DNA of 64,000 bases from Tetramitus jugosus. Its lineage: Eukaryota > Protista > Heterolobosea. Position 1 is the stretch's first letter, and the number at the start of each line of letters is the position of its first letter. Location: the NCBI GenBank assembly GCA_937625935.1, contig OW569371.1, positions 248,001 through 312,000 of the forward strand, in the 5' to 3' direction. Position numbers and translations under genes: made by a program. Shown here in pieces: positions 19,940 through 30,385 of this stretch. The notes beneath the pieces were generated by a model. The model was given only the letters and a program-made list of their open reading frames with translations. It was not told the DNA's origin and made no database searches.

Positions 19940-19950
19940 GCGCGCCAAAA
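19940..19950. promoter_or_regulatory. E2F-like site in the NUDT1/TPX2 divergent promoter
   Basis: GCGCGCCAAAA (reverse TTTTGGCGCGC) matches TTTSSCGC; similar motifs recur in other promoters of this window. Confidence 0.45.
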
Positions 19951-20115
19951 ACCAAAGTAGTTCCAGCCGCGCCATTTCGATTGTGTTTCCGTTAAGGATT
20001 TTCAGTTTTGATCCACTGCTGCAATAAATTAATTAGAAGAACCAAATATTTCGAATAACAAAAGCTATACACTTTGAACCAAATCAGTTGGTCGCACATC
20101 ATCATAATTTATTCC

Positions 20116-21524
20116 ATGAGTCATCTCCACTTTGATAATGAACCTCGTGCCATGCACAAAAAGTATGAACCACGCTCAAGGCTCGCCCATCTTTTGCCAA
20201 CGAAGATGAAGAAGCGTGAATCACAACCACCAAAGTCTAATGTTCATGATTCTGATTGGGAGTTTAACGCCCCAAAGTTTTATGACTTTGATCATTTGAA
20301 TGAGTCAAAGAAGGTGGATATTTGGTTTGGTAAGTATGCAATTGATCTCCATATGAGCCTTCATTCTCATTTCTAATCGCTCTCTTTCCACAAATTTATA
20401 ATGCTTTAGATTCTGAGCAGGCTGCTCAATTAGAGTTTGATCCCAATATTGAAAAGGAGAATGTACAACAAGCAAACAAGAATAACAAGAACAAACCAAA
20501 GAAAGCATCTGATCCACTCATGTTTACACCAGTCAAAACACCAAAGAGACAACTGAAGGAGACAACTGCAGTTGTACAGGAGCAACCAAACAAGGACAAT
20601 GTTGCTGTCAATCCTCAAAAGGCTCCGACGATTTTGGGAGTGAAACCTGATCAAAAAGTCAAGCGTAAGAAGGTCGCAGCTGAGCCTCATCGCTATCAGT
20701 TGACGATACCACACACGCCAAAGCTATTAACTGCTCAACGAAACAGGAAAATCGAAAGGGAAGAAGTGAATGTGCAACCACCCAAGAACAACAATGACAG
20801 CCAAGAATCTAAATGGGAACCAAAATTAACTCACCCTGTGCCGTTCAAGTTCCATGAAACCGTTCGCAGGAAGGAAGAAATCATTTCGCATCACTCACCA
20901 TTCAGAACCGTGCAAGAGAGATTGAAAGAATTCGACACAAAGTACTCCAGACCAAAGCGGCTCTTTAAGCCACAATTGACGGTACCACAGGAGTTTCACT
21001 TTTCGACCCAGCAGAGAATCAGACCTGCAGCTCTAAGTAGCGAAGATCGGGAGCAACTAGAGGTGGAGAGTGCTCCAAAGTTCAAGCCAAGAGCTTTCAA
21101 TCCAAGCCTGTTCAACAATGGTGCTGTTGGTGTTGCAAAAGTTGAGAAGAGAGGACTGACTCAACCTCAAGAGTTCCACTTGAGCACAACGAACAAGAGA
21201 TCAAGAGAAGTAGTCGATGAACAGGAAGAGGAGCAAGCATCTAAGCCAGCTCCAAAGAGAAGGAGAACCGAGGCACATCGTGAGCCTGTAAGAAGAACTC
21301 TCGAAATGCCAGACTCTCCACAATTGGTCACCCGGAATAAGCAAAGATTGACAAGTGAAGCCGAAGAGTCCATCACACAGTTCAAGTCAAAGCCTGCCCC
21401 ATCATCAGTTCCTTTCTTTCCAAAGCTCGGAGTCGCTCCATTGACTGAACCAAAACCATTCAACCTTAGAACAGAATCGAGAAGAAGAACCAATGCCGTA
21501 AATTCTTCCAGCCTCAGATCATGA
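20116..21524 (+). CDS. TPX2: TPX2-like spindle assembly factor; exons 20116-20329 and 20410-21524
   Basis: N-terminal Aurora-binding-like 'WEFNAPKFYDF...DIWF'; repeated 'LTxPxxFxF/L' motifs. Intron 20330-20409 (GTAAGT...TTTAG) joins in frame. Confidence 0.8.
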
Positions 21525-21768
21525 AGATTGATACGTTGCGAATAAACAGCTCATTCCATTTTTCCGAATGATGACGACATTGACGAATGTTCAACAAACA
21601 ATGCAGTTGTCGGTTTTTCTTGTAACTTCTATTGTAAAGTGTTGATTCGGGCCGGTGAGCGGACTACGGTGAGAACGCAATAAAAGATCTCGAAAATCTT
21701 GATTGTCAATTAAAATCAACAACGACAATAACAAATCAACACCTCGAATATCACTGAGTAATAACACA

Positions 21769-22149
21769 ATGAGTTGGGACGGATACGTAGCAAATTTGGT
21801 TGGAGACAGGAGCCAAGTCACTAAGGCAGCCTTCTTTGGACACGATGGATCCATCTGGGCCAAGAGCGCTGATTTGAACATTACTCCTCAAGAAGCTCTT
21901 GCTATTGTTTCTACATTTAACAGCCCTAACAAGGGTTTCGAAACTGGTTTCGTCATTGGTGGACAGAAGCACATGTGCATTAGAGCTTCTTCTGATCACA
22001 TTTGTGGAAAGATGGGAACATCTGGCTTCTCTGCTTACAAGACTGGTCAAAGCGTTGTATTTGGATACTATGTCGAACCAGCCACTCCTGGTAACTGCGA
22101 TGTTTCTGTTGGAAAGTATGCTGACTACTTGTCTCAAAACGGATATTAA
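21769..22149 (+). CDS. Profilin
   Basis: 'MSWDGYVANLV...AAFFGHDGSIWAKS...GQKHMCIRA...KTGQ...YADYLSQNGY'. Confidence 0.95.
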   Translation: MSWDGYVANLVGDRSQVTKAAFFGHDGSIWAKSADLNITPQEALAIVSTFNSPNKGFETGFVIGGQKHMCIRASSDHICGKMGTSGFSAYKTGQSVVFGYYVEPATPGNCDVSVGKYADYLSQNGY

Positions 22150-22649
22150 TTGTACAACAATAAACCATGTAATGTAAATCTCTCTGGCCGCAGAGTTAAT
22201 TTTTTAGTCGCAAGTTTCAATCTCAATTTGGTAGTTCATTGTTACATTTTTGGGAGTTCTAAAACTCAGATATGTGGGGACTGTTGAATGTAGTGCCAGA
22301 GAAAAGTCGTTCTCCGTAACATTGTCTCACTGTTTCAGTCCAAGTTGGTTAATGCTCCCATGTCCATCACAAGGAGAAAGACACTATCAGTTTCAGATGA
22401 TCGTCAATCTCTTCTTTCGTTAGGCACATACAAGTGATTCAGTGGCTAAAACTCTTTTGGTGAATTCACCTTTTCAAGTACTGTCTCCTCATAGTCTCCA
22501 GCAATATCTCCTGTATCAATTTACAAGACAATCTCGCAAAGATGGAACAGTATCAACCAGTGCAATTTACTTCCAATGAAGTCATCTTGTCGTAAACGTT
22601 TTGGCGCCAAAAAGGAAGTTGTGAAAAAAGAATTGGAGCGAACAAAAAA

Positions 22650-23444
22650 ATGAAGAGAACTACCACCCAGTGCGAACCGAACGAAATTTGTCAATACAAA
22701 AAGGCCAAATCATCAACCACACCAGATGAAAAATGTTGTGGTGGAGTAGATTGTTTGAGTGGTGACATGTTGTCTGACATCTTCAGTTTTTGCAATGCAT
22801 CCGATATGTGTCATCGTATTGCCCTTGTTTGTCACAAATGGAATGAGAGTCAATATCCTGCTTGGCAAGAATTGTACAAGAGCAAGTTTGGATCAAATCT
22901 ACCTGTTGGTTTCTCCAGCACAGACAATATTGATCCAGAGTTGAATATCAGACAGGAACACGCCTTCAAGTTCTTTTATCGAGTGAAGTCACAGTATGAG
23001 AACAACCTTTATGTTTCCCATTCAAAGACATACCAGAGATCTGATTTTCCTGACAAGGAAAGTGAGAGTTCATGGTTTGCCAAGCAGGCGCTGTCTACAG
23101 GGTTGCATTGCTCTGCCGATGAAGAACCATGGCCAGACATGGATCTCATGCTCGGTGAGGAAGAAGATGAATCGGTTGATGATCACGAATTCACCAGAAT
23201 GACGCTTGTGGATCGATTGACTCATTTCAGATACTACTTGTACGAGTATCAAATGGGAGGCAATATTGTTGGTGCTGTTTTCTTGGGAAAGGGCTTGGAT
23301 GATATGGTGAGTGTTATCCATGATTCATGTTTCTATGATGAATCAACGAAACATCAAGATGATCGAGAATTGAGAAAGGCAATGGAAATTGTTTCACGTC
23401 GGAATGATGAGCCTGAGAATGAAGCAGAAGATGAAGACGAATAA
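22650..23444 (+). CDS. F-box protein with uncharacterised C-terminal domain
   Basis: 'LSGDMLSDIFSFCNASDMCHRIALVCHKW...AWQELY'; basic N-terminus. Confidence 0.75.
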   Translation: MKRTTTQCEPNEICQYKKAKSSTTPDEKCCGGVDCLSGDMLSDIFSFCNASDMCHRIALVCHKWNESQYPAWQELYKSKFGSNLPVGFSSTDNIDPELNIRQEHAFKFFYRVKSQYENNLYVSHSKTYQRSDFPDKESESSWFAKQALSTGLHCSADEEPWPDMDLMLGEEEDESVDDHEFTRMTLVDRLTHFRYYLYEYQMGGNIVGAVFLGKGLDDMVSVIHDSCFYDESTKHQDDRELRKAMEIVSRRNDEPENEAEDEDE

Positions 23445-23536
23445 AGATAAGAATTACGATTCTCAGATGAATCTTCCTTGCTCTTGTATCATCTCCTCTT
23501 GTGCAACTCTTTGCACTGTATCCCATGCCAGAAACA

Positions 23537-23630
23537 GAGACATCCCCGTTTCGCCCCCTTCACATAAGTTCTTGCACATATCCATGGTAACTAATGTAAT
23601 CAAAGCAGCAGGGCGAAACGGGGATGTCTC
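23537..23630. repeat. Perfect 20-bp inverted repeat with 54-bp spacer
   Basis: GAGACATCCCCGTTTCGCCC (23537-23556) is the exact reverse complement of GGGCGAAACGGGGATGTCTC (23611-23630). Confidence 0.9.
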
Positions 23631-23697
23631 CCAACCCTTTCCTTCCAATTCGGAAAATTAAAGTACCTAGTAGATAGAATCGGAGTATTTACAAGAA

Positions 23698-23770
23698 GCC
23701 GAAATAGCTCAGTTGGGAGAGCGTGAGACTGAAGATCTTAAGGTCGCGTGTTCGATCCACGCTTTCGGCA
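23698..23770 (+). tRNA. tRNA-Phe (GAA)
   Basis: Cloverleaf: acceptor GCCGAAA/TTTCGGC, D-arm AGCTCAGTTGGGAGAGC, anticodon loop CTGAAGA, T-loop TTCGATC; T-run downstream. Confidence 0.97.
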
Positions 23771-23828
23771 ACCTTTTGTTTCGCTGGGTTAAAAACTTTG
23801 GACTATGTCGAATATGTTGGAGGACACT

Positions 23829-25403
23829 TTAATGAATGAACTGCAAATAGTACCGCAAATTGTTCCATTGGTCGTCCAACTTTTTCTCGTCAAGTAGTAT
23901 TGAGTGGCAGAACCAAACTTGATAATCTGTCATGATCTTTAAGTTGTCAGCCGTGACCTCACCACATAATTTAATTTGCGAGGCGTCAACCTTGATTTCA
24001 CGTCCATTGAAAGCATCGGTAGGTATATTGGCCGTTAAATTTGAAGCAATTCTCCTTCGTTTCTTAGGTCTATCCTCGTTTTCAATATCTGCTTCATCTT
24101 CACCACCCTTCACCATGTATTTATAGTCGAGTGCTTGCAACTCGGCAGATGATACTGTCCCCTTGAAAATCACACCTTGTTTGCACCTGTAGTTCACTGT
24201 TGTAATCTTTAGTGTGAACTCAATCTGTTGTTCATTGAGAAATGAGTATCGCGTTATTGCCTTAGCAGTAAATGGAAATGTCATACAGGTCGTAATATAT
24301 TTGACAAGTGTGTTTAGATCATTGAGGCAGCCAGTGCCTTCTGGACACATGGTCGTAATTCTCTTGTTCACATCAGACAGGTTCAATACTTGTGCCACAT
24401 CCACCTTCTTACTCAATTTTTGAGGTGGTTTTCCTCCGTGAGATTGAAACACCTCGACGACTTTTCTGAGACCTTCGTGATCAGAGCTCTTGAGTCGAAT
24501 AGTACTGGGAAAAGCCTCCGATATGGTGTTCAAGTTTGGAATCCTAGTCTCACACTCGTGCTTGCACAATTCCAAGAATCCTGCCTCATTCGTACACTTG
24601 ATATGATTCACCAACAGACATCTCTTGACAAATTTTCGATGATCGTCCAAAATGCGTCCAATCACCGACTTTTTCTTCATGCCATACAGATCCGTAGCCA
24701 TCACATAATAGCCTGTTGCACTCAAATCAGAAACTGACATTTTCTTGTACTTTTTCTTGCTGTGTGACCTGAATCTCGATGCCTTGCCACCATCATCAAA
24801 CTCCGAGTCCGATCCAGCATCTCCTCTAGTGCTACTACCACTGCTCACAATCTCTTCATACTCGTACAGTGGCTCCGCAACCATGATACAGCCAAAGTAG
24901 GGATTGAATTGAGCCACACTCTTCACAATCACATTCTCCTTGATGGATGATACGAGTGAGTTTCTCCACTGTGCCACAAACGGATAACACACACCATTTT
25001 TGAGGTAGTCATAAATGATGGTGTGTTGATCGAGAATGCTTCGATTGACGAGTAAGCCATCCAATCGAGTATCACTGGACATTTCTTCGTCCTTGAGTGA
25101 TGGATAGTCACCACCGTCTTGATTGTCATCGTCTTCAATGTGATATTTTTGAGTCTTGTTATTGTTGTTGGGGTTGTTGTTTTTGGTGGTATCGTCGTCA
25201 TCATCATTCTCATCATCATCATCAACATCATCATGGTCATCATCAACATCGTGATCATTACTTGTTGGTTTGCTGCTGGATGATGATGATGAAGGAGTAG
25301 TGGAGGTGGTGGTGTTAGTAGTCATGGCACCGTTGGAGTCAAGGATAGGGTCGTCGAAATGGTCCACCTGTCCGTCCATGTTGTTGTCAATCTGATCCAT
25401 CAT
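23829..25403 (-). CDS. Hypothetical protein with acidic N-terminus and two CcbP-like domains
   Basis: Intact 524-aa ORF. It has an internal repeat 'Y.YL....YPF.AQW' / 'YI.....FPF.AKA' ending in 'ILDDHRKF' / 'IMTDYQVWF', and an NLS-like PKKRRR. Confidence 0.6.
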   Translation of the reverse strand: MMDQIDNNMDGQVDHFDDPILDSNGAMTTNTTTSTTPSSSSSSSKPTSNDHDVDDDHDDVDDDDENDDDDDTTKNNNPNNNNKTQKYHIEDDDNQDGGDYPSLKDEEMSSDTRLDGLLVNRSILDQHTIIYDYLKNGVCYPFVAQWRNSLVSSIKENVIVKSVAQFNPYFGCIMVAEPLYEYEEIVSSGSSTRGDAGSDSEFDDGGKASRFRSHSKKKYKKMSVSDLSATGYYVMATDLYGMKKKSVIGRILDDHRKFVKRCLLVNHIKCTNEAGFLELCKHECETRIPNLNTISEAFPSTIRLKSSDHEGLRKVVEVFQSHGGKPPQKLSKKVDVAQVLNLSDVNKRITTMCPEGTGCLNDLNTLVKYITTCMTFPFTAKAITRYSFLNEQQIEFTLKITTVNYRCKQGVIFKGTVSSAELQALDYKYMVKGGEDEADIENEDRPKKRRRIASNLTANIPTDAFNGREIKVDASQIKLCGEVTADNLKIMTDYQVWFCHSILLDEKKLDDQWNNLRYYLQFIH

Positions 25404-25541
25404 GATGTTTTTCAGTTGTTTTTTTGTTTCTTTGTGTGTTGCTTCCAGGAAAAACGGGAAAATATTTGATTTGGCGGGAAAGTTGTTGTTGGCGTTGTTG
25501 CCTTGCAGGTGATGAGAAATAGTTTATAAGAAATTAAGGAA

Positions 25542-26947
25542 TTACTCTTCAGCTGCAGCCTCTTCCTTTGCTTCAGCTGCAGGTGGTGCAATCAACTCTG
25601 CCAACTGATTGGAAAGCTCAGCATTGTCCAAGACAGCCAATTGCAACAGCTTGACAATGACTGGAGACTCTTCATTCTTTACAGCCTTGCAAGCATCGAT
25701 CAAGGCAACTTTAGTTTCGTTAGATGCGGCAACAAATGTGCTTGCAACTTGAGCCTTTTGTTGGAGACCTCTTGGCTTGCCCAATGGAGCAACAGCCTTT
25801 ATCAAGTGTTCATTTTGATCACCATCAACAGCCTTTAGAGCAGAAACGAATTGATTCAAGACTTGTTCATTCACGACGACTTGACTGAACTTGCCCTTGG
25901 AGGCAAGACTGAAAACTTCAACTGCTCTTGCGACATCTCCGGCAGCAAGCAATTGGTCAATGACAAAGAATAGAGCTTCGGTATCAACTGGCATTCTCAA
26001 CACATGCGCATTCATCAACACTGAAAAAGCAATACGAATGAAAATGTTTGTTTAGCACACGCACACAACTCATCACAATAACAACAACAACAACATGAAC
26101 TACACACAAACAACAAAAAGAACAAGCATGCAAAAAAAAAACACACACTACATACAATCAACAGCACTGTCCACATCACCCAATTGAACAAATTTTTTGA
26201 GCATCACAAGTGTCGTATGATTCTTAAACTTGATATTTCTGAATGATAGAACTCTCCAAACACGCAGAGCAAACTGTAAATCAGCCTCAGTCTTTGACAG
26301 AGAAATCAATTCTTCCACTGGAACGGAGCTATGACGCTTTCGTGTCTGATTCAACTCTCTCATATACTTTGTGTAGGCAATTTCTATTGGGGATTCAGGC
26401 GACCATCTTCTCTCTTCCTTCTCATCCTTCAAGTACTCTTGTTTGATTGCTGCACCGCCCAACTTTTTTGTCAAGACTGCTTTTTTCTATGGATGATGAA
26501 TTGATAAATTATATTTGTTATTTGTGTGTGTGTGTGATGGATGAGAGAGAGTGTGCCAGGTGTTCGTTGGTTGTTTCGTTTGTGATTCCACCCGAGGGAG
26601 ATCAAGTAGTTTGTTATATTGATGAAATGATGTACAAATGTCAGTAAAGTTGATTTTGCGCAAAAGCTTTCAACAAGAAACGAAAAAAGATTGTTCATGA
26701 CGCGTACCTTCTTAGCTTCAATAACCTTTTGCCATCCTCTTCTTCCCTTGAGGTTAACAGGCAGATGCTTACCACCGTGACGCACTTGGTTGTTGAAAAG
26801 TGTGTTTGTAATGTTGTTGTTATTGCAGATGAGAGAAGATGAGATCACATGATGACTGGTGGTCGAAGATAGAGATGAAGATGCGATCAAATGATGTCTA
26901 GCATTGTTTGCGACGAACAAGGAACGTCCCTTGATTAAGCTCTGCAT
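25542..26947 (-). CDS. Predicted mitochondrial helical-repeat (PPR-like) protein; exons 26947-26708, 26486-26156, 26020-25542
   Basis: Ser/Arg-rich presequence ending 'QVRH'; introns GTACGC...CATAG and GTATGT...TTCAG join three ORFs in frame; repeats 'FVQLGDVDSAVDLL' and 'LLAAGDVARAVEVF'. Confidence 0.6.
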
Positions 26948-27153
26948 TTTTCTCAACGTGTTGTTTCACAATTTTTTTGTTTGTGTGGGAACAGAGTTTC
27001 GCCGAAATTTGTTGTAAAGATTTTCCCTCCGGTTTAGGTGACAACTATGCTCATAGACGCATAAAGGTCTGGGATTCCAACCACCAGCATTCTTGACCAA
27101 GTCACGGCCAAACAAAGCCAGACGACTGGAGAAAGGAGCAAAAAAGTAAAAGT

Positions 27154-27236
27154 CGCGAACTACAGGATTCGAACCTGTGAGGGATCTCTCCCATCTGATT
27201 TCGAGTCAGACGCCTTAACCACTCGGCCAAATTCGC
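27154..27236 (-). tRNA. tRNA-Ser (CGA)
   Basis: Reverse complement GCGAATTTGGCCGAGTGGTTAAGGCG-TCTGA-CTCGAAA-TCAGA, long variable arm, then ACAGGTTCGAATCCTGT-AGTTCGC-G. Confidence 0.95.
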
Positions 27237-27742
27237 TTGGTGTGTGATAAGGCACAAAAAATCTTGATATATACTAAAAATGTCTTTTTTTCGTTGCTGG
27301 CACAAATGATCACAGGACTGACGAAGAGTGGAATAGAGAAGAAGCAAAGGGAGAAAAGGCCCAAAATTTGCTGATTTTAATTCAAAGGAGATTGCTGGTT
27401 TCTAATGCTCTACTTGAATCAATTTTGACGGCATGCTGGCGACAGAGAATCAACAAAGAAGTTAAATGAGCAACCAATGGTTGTATTTAAAAAACATAGT
27501 TCTTTTTTCGGACGGTAGGTCGCATCTGCCGTAGTTGTTCGACCAAGAAAAAAGTGCCGGAGTGGATGAAGACGAGCAAATAACAGATTTTAGCTTCCTC
27601 AAATACAAACACTCATTTTGAGTTAAGTTGTCTGTGGTAGTTTTTTTTGGCCAACCAAAATAATCCAGTCCGCACGTTCTTTGTTCGTGTTGTTCATCAT
27701 TTATTGTAAAAGTTTGTGTGGTGATACTGCATACGTAGTGAC

Positions 27743-28548
27743 TTAAACACCAATTTGGCTACGAACTGCATTTCTGGCAAACAATCCCACGATAGCATCC
27801 TTAATGGCCACAACACTTCCACCATCATCATTCCAGTACTTGAACATGATACACATGATGACAAACATGTAAACAGCATTGGCCAACCATACTGCCATCA
27901 TCACAAATTGCCACGTCATTCCAAAGTAGTTCTTGTAACGAATTTCCCAGAGACCTGCAACCAGACCGTTTCCTCCGACATTGGGCACTCCAATGCTCAT
28001 CAAAATACAGAACAAAATACCCACAAAGTATGCCAGGAAAAAGATGCCATAACGCAGCGAGTTGCTGCTCTTGCAAGCACCATAAACGGGATAAAATTGA
28101 ACAAAGAAGGCAACAAACGGAATAAAAAAGAGATAAATGGCAGACATGACTGTCATTCCCAGGAAGGCACTATTGTAACCCTTGGATGTCAGAGACACGA
28201 TTGCTCCCACAAAGTTGGCCAGTGCAATCACAGAAAACACTGTTTCAGGATCCAAAATGATCAAATATTTGGTTTCAAAACAAAAAAACACGTGAAAACA
28301 CAACAAGAACAACAAGAACAAAATATAAAGTTAGCTTATGGATAGATATGTGATGAAAAATCAGTGATTGTTGTTTTTCGTGGTGGTTGTTACGTACAAA
28401 AGTATTCAATTACACCCATGATGCACAAAAATTTCTTGTTTTGACATTCACTTAAGCTTAGGTACATGAATGGACAGAATGGAGGAAAGTTGTTGACCTT
28501 GTGAGGCTCCACTTCTGTTCCCATCAAGTTCTTGAAGAATTGCGACAT
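27743..28548 (-). CDS. SCAMP-family secretory carrier membrane protein; exons 28548-28398 and 28239-27743
   Basis: 'NNFPPFCPFMY', four TM segments, 'FYPVYGACKSSNSLRYGIFF', 'IGVPNVGGNG'. Intron 28397-28240 (GTACGT...AACAG) joins in frame. Confidence 0.8.
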
Positions 28549-28944
28549 GTTGTTATTGTGTTGGTTGTGGTTTGTTCGGTTTGTTGTTTGAGACTCCAAA
28601 AAGGAACGTTCGTGTTTCTTTGTTTTTTCGCGCTAAAAAAGTGCTCAAACAGAATCTGCTAATATTCCGCTCTCCAACCAGGTCGTGGAAACTGGTCAGG
28701 TACCTGTGTGTCATTGAAGGAATTATTTCTCATGTGTTACTCGTTCTTTTTTCAATGGTTGCAGGTTCCTCACTTTAACGTTCGTGTGCTGCACAACTCT
28801 CATCATTTGTCATTGCATTTTCTTGCAATGCGGACAAACATGTTCGGCAGTTGACATCAGCTTTCACAACTCGTCGCCAAGCAAAAAGCAACACAAAACA
28901 TTCAAAAACCAACAAACAAACCAAAACCAAACACCAGACACCAG

Positions 28945-30291
28945 ATGAACGGTCGTCACTTTTTCATCACTCTCCTCTTGGTGGTGTTACTCTTCACCTC
29001 CACACGAGTCACATGCGACAATACCTCCAACAATACAGAAGCAGCTACAACAACAACAACAGAAAAACAACCAACCATTCAAGTGTCAGTCTCTGGACAA
29101 CAAGTACCAGTTATCAAAGGCGAAAGAATTCATCATGTTCCTCCACAACAACATCAACAACAGCATCAACCAACAACAATGAAAGCCATTTCTCATTTGG
29201 AATATTTTTCTCGATTGTTCAGCACGTCATTTGTCGATCGAGTCACCGAACCAGAGCCAATCAATCAAAAATTTGTTCAAAAATTCACACATGACCAGAC
29301 TCATTTCTCGTCCTTTTTGTTTGGTTATCACAAGGATCCAGGCAGTGTTTCAACAGTGGAGGGCGCCATGGAACTCAAATTGAACGTCAGAGGAACCAAA
29401 AAGATTCAATCAGCAGTGGAGGAAGCACGACAAGAGTTGTTTGATTATGAGATGCATTGTACGGGTCCAGTGTTTCGCAGTGGAAATTATGAGGCATGTG
29501 AATCCATGTGGTTAATTGTTCAGTTGAATCATTGGATGAGATTGCAGGTGCATGGTATCAATCTATTGCAAATGGCATCGAGAAAAGCAGAGGATCCACC
29601 TTCTTCACTCAAGATTGATTCATGGACATCGTACTACAATCATGACATGTTGTCCATGCAGGCATTTGATGAAATTATTCCCATCGAGTACAGAAGAGAC
29701 GATATTTCATCTATTGTTGGATCGTCTTCGCGCGGTATCATGACTGTTCTTCTCAAGGAGTTCATGTCGAGTCACGAAATCATTCCCATCAGTTTTTACA
29801 CTGTGCACTACTTGACGCACCATGAGAGGAATCAAAAGAGAGCACAGCACCATCCAAAGTACTTTATCCCTATTGTTTTTAATGAGACTGGCAAGGGAGA
29901 ATACGGCGGTTACTTTACTGAGGATGTTGAGTTTGCTGTTCCATTCAAATCACCTGTCAAAGGATTGGCGAGTGCCATGGAGCAGTACACTGATTTTATG
30001 AAGAATGTGGAACGAGTGTTCATGTATCTGGAGGGACCTATTCATCTGCAACCATCGACTGATCAGAATGTCATCAAGGCTTCCGTGGCTCTTTCTTACA
30101 TGATTTACACAAAGGAAGATTATCCAAACAAGCACGTCTTGTGTCAGGGTATTGCATTCTTGGAAGTTGATCGCAGAAAATCAACCAAGCAATTCTCATC
30201 TTTCAAGTATCTGTTCAATGATGATGACATTCTCGTTGCACTTGGCAATAAGAGCAATGTCAGAGTTATTTCATCGTTTGGGAAGAATTAG
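28945..30291 (+). CDS. Hypothetical secreted protein
   Basis: 448-aa ORF with signal peptide 'MNGRHFFITLLLVVLLFTSTRVTC'; no family recognised. Confidence 0.65.
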   Translation: MNGRHFFITLLLVVLLFTSTRVTCDNTSNNTEAATTTTTEKQPTIQVSVSGQQVPVIKGERIHHVPPQQHQQQHQPTTMKAISHLEYFSRLFSTSFVDRVTEPEPINQKFVQKFTHDQTHFSSFLFGYHKDPGSVSTVEGAMELKLNVRGTKKIQSAVEEARQELFDYEMHCTGPVFRSGNYEACESMWLIVQLNHWMRLQVHGINLLQMASRKAEDPPSSLKIDSWTSYYNHDMLSMQAFDEIIPIEYRRDDISSIVGSSSRGIMTVLLKEFMSSHEIIPISFYTVHYLTHHERNQKRAQHHPKYFIPIVFNETGKGEYGGYFTEDVEFAVPFKSPVKGLASAMEQYTDFMKNVERVFMYLEGPIHLQPSTDQNVIKASVALSYMIYTKEDYPNKHVLCQGIAFLEVDRRKSTKQFSSFKYLFNDDDILVALGNKSNVRVISSFGKN

Positions 30292-30385
30292 GAGAGTTGT
30301 GTTAGTTCTGATTGGCGAACCATAGCGATCCAGTTCTGAAGAAACAAAGATGGCATGTATTAGTCTTCTAGTGTGAATAAAAGTT

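Noticed and set aside
22200-22590. Coding-like minus-strand stretch ('DTGDIAGDYEETVLEKV') reminiscent of an annexin repeat
   Set aside because: Too short and interrupted by stops; no second motif to support a pseudogene call.
27420-27560. ACAGAGA and a small hairpin (ACGGTAG...CTGCCGT) suggestive of an snRNA or other ncRNA
   Set aside because: The flanks do not match U6 (no AGC triad context) or any other RNA family I recognise.
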